The notes beneath the pieces were generated by a model. That model did no database searches. It saw nothing but the letters and a program-made list of their open reading frames with translations, and had not been told where the DNA came from. This document shows, in pieces, positions 37,901 to 48,661 of a stretch of 64,000 nt of DNA. Made by a program: the position numbers and the translations under genes. Every line of letters begins with the position of its first letter. Position 1 is the stretch's first letter. The stretch comes from Psammoneis japonica (taxonomy: Eukaryota), in assembly GCA_008632985.1 (NCBI GenBank), contig QPGO01000149.1:62001-126000 (forward strand), read 5' to 3'.

Positions 37901-38272
37901 GGACGCTTGCGTGCAAACAGGCAATTTTTTGTAGGGTAAAAAAGGTTTGTGCAGCTGCTGGCACACTGCATGAATGCCATCAATGATGTTGCTGACAATT
38001 TTACTTCGGCTTTTTGCATGGCTAACAAATTTTCTAACCACTGACGTGGGATTGACACTGTGTGCTGTACGACGTCGTCATTGCTCAATTTTTGATTTCA
38101 TTCATTTGCCAATCTTGAAATCGCTTGTTTCGCTGCATGTGGTTGTTCTGAGTTCTGAAGTGCAAGAGGTCCTTTCCATCCCCTTTGCATGGCATGTGCT
38201 GCACACTTGCCCCAGTCTCTTTGATGACAGAGCTCAGAAGTTTGGCGAGGGCTGCAGTGACTGACGAGGACC

Positions 38273-39133
38273 ATGTTCATCAGCAACAAGAAGAAATTGT
38301 GGTTCTCCCTCTTTGCCATTGCAGCCACTTCGACCTCTGCTCTTGAAGTTGGTGACAACCTGTGTGTTCAAGGTTGTGTTGTGGACCATTGCTACATTGA
38401 CAATGGTCCAATGATTGACAATGGAAAAATGACTCTTGAAAAGCCCTTTGACCATTCGGTGCATTGCTTGGTGGATGTGTCAGTTTGTTGCAGCAGCCCC
38501 TTTGAAGCATTGACAGATCCTGCAACAGATGGAGCTTTGTGCACTCATGGCCACTGTCTGGATGATGATTCCCAACAAGAGATGATTCAACTTGCTAAAA
38601 GTGTTGGAAGCTGTCACGAATGTGACAATGGATGCAACAGTTCCAAGCTGGATGCGCGGTTCCGAGCCATTGTGAAAGTCACGGTTCTAGATTTGAACGA
38701 GAACGATGATGATGCTCCTCCTCTTGTGCGAATGAATGAACAACAAGATGCCAGTTATCTTGGTGATGATCCATGCCAATCAGAGTTTGACATGGAGGAA
38801 GGCCCGCAAGTTTCTGATCCAACAACTTCTGCACCTGCCCCCAAACTGACTCCTCCTCCAACACAAAGTCCAACAATGGGTTCCACACCCCAGCCTGTGC
38901 CTGGCCCACCTCCTTCACCAACCACCAGCCCATCCACTAGACCTGTGACCACCATGCCCTCCTCAGCATCTCCAACACCAACTGTGATGCCCTCCTCAGC
39001 ATCTCCAACACCAACCACAATGCCAACAATGCAAAGTGCAGTTCTGACAGACCCGCCATCCATGGCCACCTCACAGCCAATCTTTTGGACATCAGTCATC
39101 CTCTCCACTGCACTCTTCACTTTGATGTTGCAA
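38273..39133 (+). pseudogene. Hypermutated paralog of the 41583/30221 surface-protein gene
   Basis: Colinear with 41583-42866 including flanks; 7 of 8 Tyr in the N-terminal domain changed to Cys/His, several CGN Arg to His/Gln/Cys, stop TAA->CAA at 39131-39133; internal deletions in the P/T/S stalk. Confidence 0.85.
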
Positions 39134-41582
39134 CAGGTTGCATCGCTTGCATTGGAACTGTTGGTTTACACCCACAGATGTTTTGTGCTTTTCCTGTGCA
39201 TCATTTTATTCATTCTGCTTCTGCCTTGGACTTCTTCACATTCAAGACATGCTGCCATGCGAATCAAATGCTCAAAGTCTTCAATCCCCCACCAAACGGT
39301 TTCTGCTGTCGCTGTTCATCTTTCCTTTCCTGACATTCAATCAATGACTTTTTTGTGGCCAAATCTAGCAGATGAAGCAACATGCACACAGAAAAAATCT
39401 GTGTGGTTGCTGACAGAGTGTGACACAGAGACAACATGAGCAAAAGGAGCTGCAAGGAGCAAATGACCTCCTCCTCCCACATGAAATTGCCTGCTGACAA
39501 TTCTGGTGCATTCCTGTGGCTCCAGCATGGGTGTGCAAACTGCCTGGCTCTGCAGGTGTGGCTGAGCCTTTCCAATGGCAGCACATTTTACAATCTTTTT
39601 CAGAGTCGGCATTCAGAAAGAGGTGGTCCTCCAGCTGGGAATCATCATGCAAGCAGGGAAAGCTGATTGCTGTCACAAGACAGCTCACTTTGAAGGACAG
39701 TTGTGTTGCTCACAGCACAGTGCAATGATGAGAAATGCCAAATCACTTGAGAGAGTGTGTGATGTGTGGCCCAACTCAAGTGTCAGCATGAGAGACTTGG
39801 CCAGTCTCCATGCTCCAGAGGACCTCACATTGACCATTGGGTGATGGCATCCACATTGCTGGCTGCACAACATGGTGGTGGGTCCATCAACAGTGGGTGC
39901 CACAAGATTTGGAGATTTCCAAGCAAACAAGACAAGAAAAAGATTGCAAGAGAGGAGAGCACTTCTTGGGCATTGACAAGAAATCTAAGAACTCCAAAAT
40001 GTGCTGTGCTGTGTGCAGCCTCATTTCAGTTGAAGAAAAAAAAGCAGCCCAGAGCGCTCACTCTAGAACCATGCAGAGTGGCTGCATGTGAATCTCTTCC
40101 AGCAAAGATGCTGGAAATGGCAATTCAGGAAAAATGAATGCACCACACATGTTGGTTTTGCATGTGCAAAAGTTGTCATTGTCTGGGTTTTGTGACAGCC
40201 AAAAGAACAACCAGAGATGTGCTGTGATGGCATGCCAACAAGAAGAGAAGATCCTGGATCCCCAGGAGCTTTTGATGGCTTGCAAGAGAAAGCTCTCCAT
40301 GTGAAAAGGAGAGAGAACACAGGACACCAGTTGTCAGCTGAAAGATGATCCATCGAAACCAATGTGCATTGTGCAACACTTTCTGCAGCTGCAATTTGTG
40401 CATGCAATCTGCCTGCTGTCTGCACAAAACAAATGTGCACACAAAGTTCTGACAGCAAACACATGCTTTTTTAGCCAGACTGGAGGCTTGCCAAAGGGCT
40501 TTTGTGCGCCCCATTTCCTTTGCACTGGCTGCACTTGCAAAACACAACACAGCAACTGCAAAACAACAAGTTTGACCATGTCAACCAACCAAAAGACAAC
40601 CCCACCTTCTTGTGCAGCACCTGGAAAGAGGCCACCTTTTTAAATGATGTGACAATCTGGCTGCCACAGCACACAAGTTCATCGTGGTTCGCAGTGTCAC
40701 ACCCAGCTGCCCCAGCACCGTTGTTCATTGTTGTGCTTTCATTTTGTTTGTGTTGTGCAATGTGTCATTGTCATTGTTGTTGTTGTCATTGTTTTTGGCT
40801 TGTGCAGGGAAGACACAGGTCATGAGTGTTGAGAAATGATCCTCACCAGTCTGGCAAAGAGGGCCAGAGAAGCAAAGCAGAAAACAGACTGTGCGGCTGA
40901 GGGACAGCAAGCCATGTGGCTCCCCAGAGTGGTGCATTGTGCCAAGGGATGCTGTGGGAGAGCAACCAAGTGGACATGTGCATGACAAGGTGTGGCTTTT
41001 TCAGTGTGAGGTCACTCTCCATTCTTTGCCATGAGCTTGGCGCCATGGCAGTGTCGTTGACGGTTGGTGTGTTGTCTCACTTGGCTCCAAGGCATCTGTT
41101 GGTGTGTTGTCACTTGGCTCCAAGGCATCTTTTGTTGTGAGAGCTGAGCAGTGTTGGATGGCAAAAGGACTGCTAAGTGTATCGTAGGTCACATCACTGA
41201 CAACGAAAGAGATGGTGTCTGCATTGCCTCCAACATGTCTTAGCGGATGTGTCATGGTGCCATTCCACCGGCACAGCAGACACAGGATCTCCGTCAACAC
41301 GCGGTTCGAATGTGTCCTATTACTGATGTCCGTAAGTACGGAAATTAGGCCAATTTATATGTTGGTGGATATTATTGTATAAAAAAGCCTTTCAGGGTGG
41401 GAATGTGCTCACGCATTTTCGCATTTTCCGCTCAAGCAATCTTTCGTCTTTTCGCAGGCCATGGGATCGTTCTCAAGCCCGAAAGGAGGCTGTTCTCCTG
41501 TTTATCGCATAGCGTGTGCTGCACACGTAGTCTCTTTGACGACGGAGCACAGAAGTTTGGCGAGAGATATCTAACGAGGACC

Positions 41583-42866
41583 ATGTTCACCAGCAGCATG
41601 TTGTGGCTCTCCCTCTTTGCCATTGCAGCCGCTTCGATCTCTGCTCTTGAAGTCGGTGACAACCTCTGCATTCAAGGCTATGTTATGGATTACTACTGTA
41701 TTAACAATGTTCAAATGATTGATAATGGGAAAACGACTCTTGAAAAGCCCTTTGACCATTCGGTACATTGCTTGGTCGACGTTTCCCTTTGCTACAACAC
41801 ACCATTTGAAATACTGACGGATCCTGCATCAGACGGAGCTTTGTACACTCGTGGCTACCGTCTGGATGATGATTCCCAGCAAGACATGATTCGACTTGCC
41901 AAAAGTGTCGGAAGCTGCCGCGAATGCGACAATGGATACGATAGTTCCAAGCTGGAAGCTGGTTTCCGCGCCGTTATGAAAGTCACGGTTCTAGATTTGA
42001 ACGAGAACGATGATGATGCCCCTCCTCTTGTACGAGTGAATGAACAAAGAGATGCTAGTTATCTTGGTGATGATCCATGCCGATCAGAATTTGACATGGA
42101 GGAAGGCCCGCAAGTTTCTGACCCAACAACTTCTGCGCCCACTAGGAATCCTACACCAGCTCCGACTACCTCCGAACCGACTCCTCAGCCATCTACCAAG
42201 ACACCAACTGTAAGTCCAGTCACTAGTCTTCCCACCACAAGCTCAACACTAGGTCCTACACTCCAAGCAACAGAAGATCCGGCACCGGTTCCAACGCCTC
42301 AACCCTCGCATTCTCCCACAGTCCAACCATCACAAAGTCCAACGATGGGTTCTACACCCCAGCCTGTGCCATTCCCAACTCGTTCACCAACCACCAGCCC
42401 ATCCACCAGTCCGGTGACCACCATGCCGTCCACAGCACCTCCACCACCAACTATAATACCAACGGTACAAAATCCCGTTCTGACAGACCCGCCGTCCATG
42501 GCCACCTTGCCACCAACTAACAGCCCATCCACTACGAGTCCAGGGACGGACAGGCCATCCACGGCAACTCTAATGCCAACTATGGCCAATACGCCACAGA
42601 GTCCCGTCACGGTGAGCCCCACCGTAGTTCCAACCATGTTGACAATGACGGCGACTCCAACGTCCACGCCAACATCAAACTCGCCAACTTCTCCGACGCA
42701 AGTCGTTTCCGAACCGCCAAGTATGGTGACTGCGTCACCTACTAGCTTTCGTCTACCAACATCAAGCTTAACGGCGGAGAATACATCTGGTGGTGCGCGG
42801 GTGGCGGGAGGTTTCTTGTGGGCATCAGTCGTCCTCTCCACTCTACTTTTTACTTTGATGTTGTAA
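41583..42866 (+). CDS. Secreted/membrane-anchored Cys-rich protein with mucin-like P/T/S stalk, paralog 2 (intact)
   Basis: ATG 41583 with signal peptide, same N-terminal domain as 30221, PTxxPT repeats, hydrophobic C-terminus. Confidence 0.88.
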   Translation: MFTSSMLWLSLFAIAAASISALEVGDNLCIQGYVMDYYCINNVQMIDNGKTTLEKPFDHSVHCLVDVSLCYNTPFEILTDPASDGALYTRGYRLDDDSQQDMIRLAKSVGSCRECDNGYDSSKLEAGFRAVMKVTVLDLNENDDDAPPLVRVNEQRDASYLGDDPCRSEFDMEEGPQVSDPTTSAPTRNPTPAPTTSEPTPQPSTKTPTVSPVTSLPTTSSTLGPTLQATEDPAPVPTPQPSHSPTVQPSQSPTMGSTPQPVPFPTRSPTTSPSTSPVTTMPSTAPPPPTIIPTVQNPVLTDPPSMATLPPTNSPSTTSPGTDRPSTATLMPTMANTPQSPVTVSPTVVPTMLTMTATPTSTPTSNSPTSPTQVVSEPPSMVTASPTSFRLPTSSLTAENTSGGARVAGGFLWASVVLSTLLFTLML

Positions 42867-43593
42867 CAGAGCAAGATGAGTTTAGGTCCGTCCTATTGTA
42901 AAGGAAAGTTGTATTGCTTGTAATATGGATTCTTGGTTTACGTTTATACTTTCGCTTCAAATGTATCATTTGATTCCTTCCGCCTTGGTCTTGACACTTT
43001 TTTCGATGTTTTTTCAGTCTTGTTCATTTTCAAGGTGCTCGATCTAGAGAGGAGCTATACATCCACCCACTTACCACGGACGGTACCGATTCTCTCTATC
43101 ACTCAAAGGCTCTACGACTAGAGAAGAGCTATACCGTACTGTTACCGGTGAAGAAAGAGGTCACGCATTGTGGATAGAAGCTGCATTTGCCGGTTGCGTG
43201 TCATCAACAATAAGCAAGACTAAACATGAACGATCGATGTGAGCAATCGGTCAATCAATCGTGTGAAATGCCACGCGATATCTCTTAGCTTTGTCTCTAT
43301 TGCCATATTATATAAAGGTTTTAGAAAGGGCGATTGGGAAAGACACATTTCAGACATCCAAAGGACATGAAATGACTGGAAAGGAACACAACATCTTACA
43401 TAAACAAATAATAATAAACTAATATCTTATATGTATGCAGGACAGCAAAGTGTCAATGTTCGTCGAGTTCGCATTCATTCGTGATCTTGGTCGTGCTTTT
43501 TCATATTTTGTTTTTGTCAACACCCTCAAAAAAGCAAAAGCACAGCCCAAACTCAAGAAAGACGACAAAACCTAGATATCAATAGACACAACG

Positions 43594-44231
43594 ATGAGTC
43601 CCTTACGAAACTCTTCCGATAAAGACCTCGATGCGGATGGAAACGAAGAAACGCAATATCTCTTATCCGAAGAAGCGAGACGAAAACGAAAGAGGGTTTC
43701 CAATAGAAACTCGGCGAGGAAGAGTCGCTATCGGCAAGTTGTCTATATTGATGAATTGAAGAAAAGTATTGAGAGACTCACTAAAGAGAATTGTACATTG
43801 AGAAGGTTGAACGAAAATCTGAAAGAACAAGTTAATCTCCTCCAAAGACTCTTGGACGAAACTAACCGTGCTGTAAGTCGTCGTGCTTCTTCTATATGCG
43901 AGCACTTGTAAATAGCATGAAAAACAAACAAAAGGTCGCTGCAAAAACTTATGAAGTGAAATCGTTGTCTCGTTTTCTTCCTCAGAATATCGCGAGTCTA
44001 GTTGCGCCAAGTCGGCTAGATCTCAATCCGGTTTTGATTCACAGTGTTGAAGGACATTCAACAGCCCTTGTGCCTCACGCGGCGCCACAAGAGCCGCCAC
44101 TGGGATTCCCGCCATTACAGAGAAGCAGTAATTTCCTTCTTCCCACCCCATATAATGCAGCATCAAATGCGTCGAATCAAGGCACTCCGGGCTGGCAAGA
44201 CCCGTTCTCCGGCCCCCCTTCCCTTGGCTGA
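43594..44231 (+). CDS. bZIP transcription factor; exons 43594-43872, 43986-44231
   Basis: RKRKRVSNRNSARKSRYRQ basic region + leucine heptads; GTAAGT...CTCAG intron 43873-43985 in phase 0. Confidence 0.85.
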
Positions 44232-45339
44232 AAATAGAAATAAGCATCTCTTTATTTGGAGACCTGCAAAGTGATCAGAAATAAACACAGGAACGTCTAT
44301 CTGTTGCAGATATTCAATTTAGCCGGAAGTGATGAAAAAGAGTGGTCTTTTCACACGATCCCAATGGCCCGATTCTCTATCCCCCCCTCTACGAGTATAC
44401 AACATATTTCCCAGAGACACTCAATGGGATTTTCTTATGACCGTTGGTTGTTCTTGAAAAGAAGTGGTTTTCGTGAAGATCGACAAGGAATATTCTCGGG
44501 AATCAAGTCGAAAAAGCCAGATGGGAGGAGTGATGCACGAAAACCAGTAAGCAGAAGCACGCAACCTCTAGTAGAGGTAACAGTGCCATGTGCGAGCTCC
44601 TCAAGAACTCTCCACGAAGATTGAAAGCCTTATAGAAAAGTCACAAAGTCCTCTTCTTGTACAAAAACGCTCTCTCCACAAGGTAGAACAATCTCAAGTT
44701 TGCTGGTGAGCACATCATTGAGTTCTCCGTAGGGCATGACCTTGTGAACACTGTTGTCCACGTAGGCCAGTTGACAACGCCAAGCTGATACTTTGTATAT
44801 TCCGCAGATTTCTGGACTTCAAAACGTCGTGGAGCTTTCGTTAGCCACGCCCCGCTCGCTTGGTTGCAGCACCCGCAACTGTTTTTCTGGTCAGCCTTGA
44901 ACCACGGGGTGCTGTGGCGTGATTGAGCATAGCTCTGTTCTACAGGGACTTTTACAAATTTGGACTGCAGGGAAGAAAACGAAGGCGCAATGTACTACTG
45001 TACGTAGGACGACGACAAAGGTCACTCGGATCCGACCTCCGATAAACAGCTATCTTGATGACATCAGACACCAGATAATTGTAGAAGGTGCATAAAACAA
45101 GATCGCTGTGCTCCCTTCAACTTTCCAGAATATCTGTGATATCTGAGAGACTAGACTCAGGTAAAAAGTTGGTGCTTTGCCATTATAAGTGCGCCATTCA
45201 GCATGTAGACAAGAACAGCTGAATGATGAAAAACAGAAAGCAGAAAGGAAGTCGCAACATAAAAAACGCTTAACTCTTTGTTTACCACAGCGACACGCGC
45301 GCGTTTTTTTTTTCGTGCTGCGCAACGCAGAGCACCAAC

Positions 45340-46395
45340 AAAAAAGACAACCAACATGGCACGTCGCCGTTCCGAGTCATTACAACAGATAGCACCCCCA
45401 TGCCATACGGGGTGATCGTTGACACGGTAAAGTGTATTATCATAGCTTGGTTTGGTTTGTTGTTGCGTTGGCGTTGTTTTTTCACGTCTTCACTTACCGG
45501 CTGTCGTATCGGCATTTCTTGCATTGTGTCATGCGCGACCGACCGAAACCAACAGAATCGGTGTTGTCGTTTCGTCGTCTGTAGGACGGAATCTGGTGGA
45601 ATATCAAACAAATAGGTAAGCATACATCACAATACTATTGTTCTGTAGTGTCAGATTGTCCTTTTTAGCATTTCATATTCCCTCAGCTAACCCTTGCTTT
45701 TCGTGCTACTGTTTTTTGCTTTTCAGTACGAAATCACGGTCGTTGATGGCATGGGCATGATGGGCGTGGATGTTGGCAAGCATGTCTCCATACTTACCTT
45801 CAGTTCCCTCGACACTGCCATGAAGGATGCTGATTTGGAGTCCTGGGCGGCTCCTGCAGCCGCTAGTTTACCTCCAGCGCCGTCAGAAATTTGTGACTGT
45901 TTCACCCGTCGCTTCTTGCGCTGATCGGATCAAAGAAAACAAGGCAGGACGGAATCTGGTGGAATTTCAAACAAACAGGTAAGCACACATCACAATGCAA
46001 TTGTTCTAATTTGTCAGATTGTCCTTTTTCGCATTTCACATTCCCTCAGCTAACCCTTGCTTTTTGTGCCACTGGTTCTTGCTTTTCACAAAGACAACAG
46101 AAAGGCACGTCGACGTTCGGAGTCATTAAAATCAACTGCACCCCGACACCACACTGGGTGATTGTTAACATGGTAAGGTGTATTATGATAGCTTGGATTG
46201 GGTTGTTGTTGTGTTTTTGATGCGTTTTCAATTCGTGGTTTCTCACCGGCTCTTATCGGCATTTCTTGCATCGCGACAGGTACGACCGACCGAGGCTGAC
46301 AGAATCGGCATTGTTGTTTTCGGCATCCTACTGACAAAATCTGGTGGAATGTCAACAAATGGGTAAGCCTGCAACACAACACTGTTGTTCTGTTG
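45340..46395. repeat. Local segmental repeats (three partial copies)
   Basis: ~45583-45725 matches ~45947-46088; ~45340-45645 matches ~46090-46395; shared core AATCTGGTGGAAT...GGTAAGC. Confidence 0.8.
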
Positions 46396-47583
46396 ATTAT
46401 GAAACCCAACAAGGAAACACTAGCTTGTTGCAGTTGAGGATTCAAAAGCAATCCGTCGCCCAGAGTGCCCTGTCTTTGACTTTGGAGACTCGAGTCCTGG
46501 AGCCAGCTTGAAAGAAGAAAGCTCGTACATGACTGTGAAATGATAACTCCATGTAGCTAAAAATTAAAGACCTATTACTATATGCCATTTGTTGTTGTTG
46601 ACAAACATGCGTTGGTGCGCAGTGCCGAGAAATAAAGAACATGCTTTAGCGCGTGATGCCGAGGTGTAACATGAAATGCATTGAGCAATAAATAACAACG
46701 GAAGAGACGACAACATAAACTTACTTTTAAAAAAAGCAAACAAAAGCTTGCCTGCATCTATCGCTTTCGCCCCCCCATCCATGTTTCAAATCCAACAGCA
46801 TCAACACGACAACCGTTTCCAAAAATGTTCTTTCCAAAGGAAGAGCGACTTCTTAAAAAGTGCCAGGTGTCCTTGCCATTCCTGTAGTATCAGCACTGAC
46901 ACCTGTATCCGGGCGACAGGTATTGCTGTGATAGTCTACTGCCACGCCATCAACGGTACTGTACTCTCTATTTTAATTCTGACGCAACAAATGAGCGCAG
47001 CCAGAAACACGCGTTAGTGTGTAATGCCAAGACATTGCATGAAATGTGTCGAGTGACAAATAACAACAACGCAAGAGACAGCAATGTAACTTACTTTGGT
47101 GTTGAAACAAAAGATTACCTGCATCTCTTTCGCCCCCCTTCTATAATTCAAAGCACAATTCATAGTTGTAATGTCTCAAACAGCGGAACAACAGTAACGC
47201 TTTGAATGTAGTCAAATTGCTGCAGCAGAAGAAGCGGCAACAACAGGAAGCACATTATTAAACATCAAAAATGCAATTGGACGATAGAAGACATCACCCA
47301 CTATGGTGATTCTGTCACAACGGCGAAGACAATCACATCATGAAGGCTGTTTGCGTCGATGTGGTGTGTGGTGTGGTGTGAAAAAAATGTGCGTCAGCAC
47401 GACCGCGCGAAAAAATCCGTAGTAATCCGTAGTGGTAAACAAAGAGTTAAGTCGCAAAACTTCCCTCCAACGCGGACGACGGACAGATAAAACTGACGTC
47501 ACGAGATGATATGGTTCAACATCCGGGTTACCTTACGGCACAGGGCGACAAAAGGCCCATTTTTCTTGCATGCAGCTTGCACC

Positions 47584-47955
47584 ATGAGATCGATCGTAGC
47601 ACATAGCGTCTTTGCAATTGTTGCCATGGCTTTCACAATTGATGCCTTTATGGTTCCTATGAACCAGCTATCGGCTACTCGTCATGCTATTGGCCCGGCA
47701 AAACAAGCTTCAGGTTTGACCATACTTTTTGAAGGTCAACGTGACGAAGACCGAGTGTCGCAGCTTGGATTCGATGAGGCAAGGCCGGATGAACCTGACC
47801 AAAAGGTTCGGGTAGATTTGGTCGAAGATATCGATTCAGTGACTCTAACTGCGATTGGATTTGGTCTGATTGCCTTTAACTTTTTCATCCTGGCGAATGC
47901 CGGAGACGGAGGAATATCGGGGCTTGTGGCACGAATCATCAACGCTACTAGCTAA
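47584..47955 (+). CDS. Small plastid-targeted membrane protein, unknown function
   Basis: Signal peptide + IDA-FMVP; C-terminal TM segment TLTAIGFGLIAFNFFILANAGDGGI. Confidence 0.75.
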   Translation: MRSIVAHSVFAIVAMAFTIDAFMVPMNQLSATRHAIGPAKQASGLTILFEGQRDEDRVSQLGFDEARPDEPDQKVRVDLVEDIDSVTLTAIGFGLIAFNFFILANAGDGGISGLVARIINATS

Positions 47956-48661
47956 AACAAGCAATGATTGAGGGTGATGATCGCGACATGTGCCAGTAAA
48001 CTAAGGAGGTTTAACCATGATGATTGCTCACCTGGATCAAGAAGTTTCTTGAAAATATGGTACGCAAAAGTACTGCGAAAAGTTCGAAATCATCCCAGAT
48101 ACCGTTGAACGAGTGCTTCACATTAGCTGCAAATTTATATCCCATGTCCTTCATGCTAGAATGAGCTCTTGCTAATGAAGCGTTGAAAGCAGTAATGGAT
48201 ACTCGTTGCTGAAATGAGAACCTCGTGCTGGCACAAGGAAATTGTGTAGTCTCACGTGGCCAATATTCCTTTTGCAATATCTACCCAAGGCACTACTCAG
48301 GCTCTGTTCCATGAGCTGGAAAGGTCTAATCGACCCCTCCGCTCTGTTGAACACTTTATATTCAACTCAAAGATGTACCGGTAAGAGAGAGACATACCAG
48401 ACGACAGGCACCGGTACAGTCTGTCCAGTACCAATTTGAATTTTTCGTGTACGGTGGGCGCCAGTACGGTTTTGAAATTTTTGTTGCCCAAAATTGCCAG
48501 GTTGAAGATATCTTCTTCCATCTCATTTGACAATCTCGAGACTACCATAGCCAGGTTGAACATATCTTGTTCCATCTCGCTTGAAGATCTCGAGAGTACC
48601 ATAGTCTGAAACAAGAGACCTCCGTTTCTTGTTGCGGTAAGCAAACTACAAAGTGAAGAAG

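Larger units (their letters stand above)
31300..41150. other. CpG- and TpA-depleted degenerate block B (~10 kb)
   Basis: Near absence of CG and TA; ORFs are C/H/Q/M-rich and almost Tyr-free; contains a transposase remnant and a mutated host-gene paralog. Boundaries approximate. Confidence 0.88.

Noticed and set aside
31300..41150. Dozens of short Cys/His-rich ORFs as small metal-binding proteins
   Set aside because: They occur in all six frames and are explained by loss of TAA/TAG and Tyr/Arg->Cys/His/Gln conversion; the same applies to blocks A and C.
31300..41150. Classical fungal RIP
   Set aside because: RIP creates TpA from CpA and lowers GC; here TpA is destroyed and CpA/TpG are gained.
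48011..48644. Minus-strand gene containing a 54-bp tandem duplication (~48497-48606)
   Set aside because: ORFs are short and interrupted, with no recognisable family; the duplication is real but uninformative.
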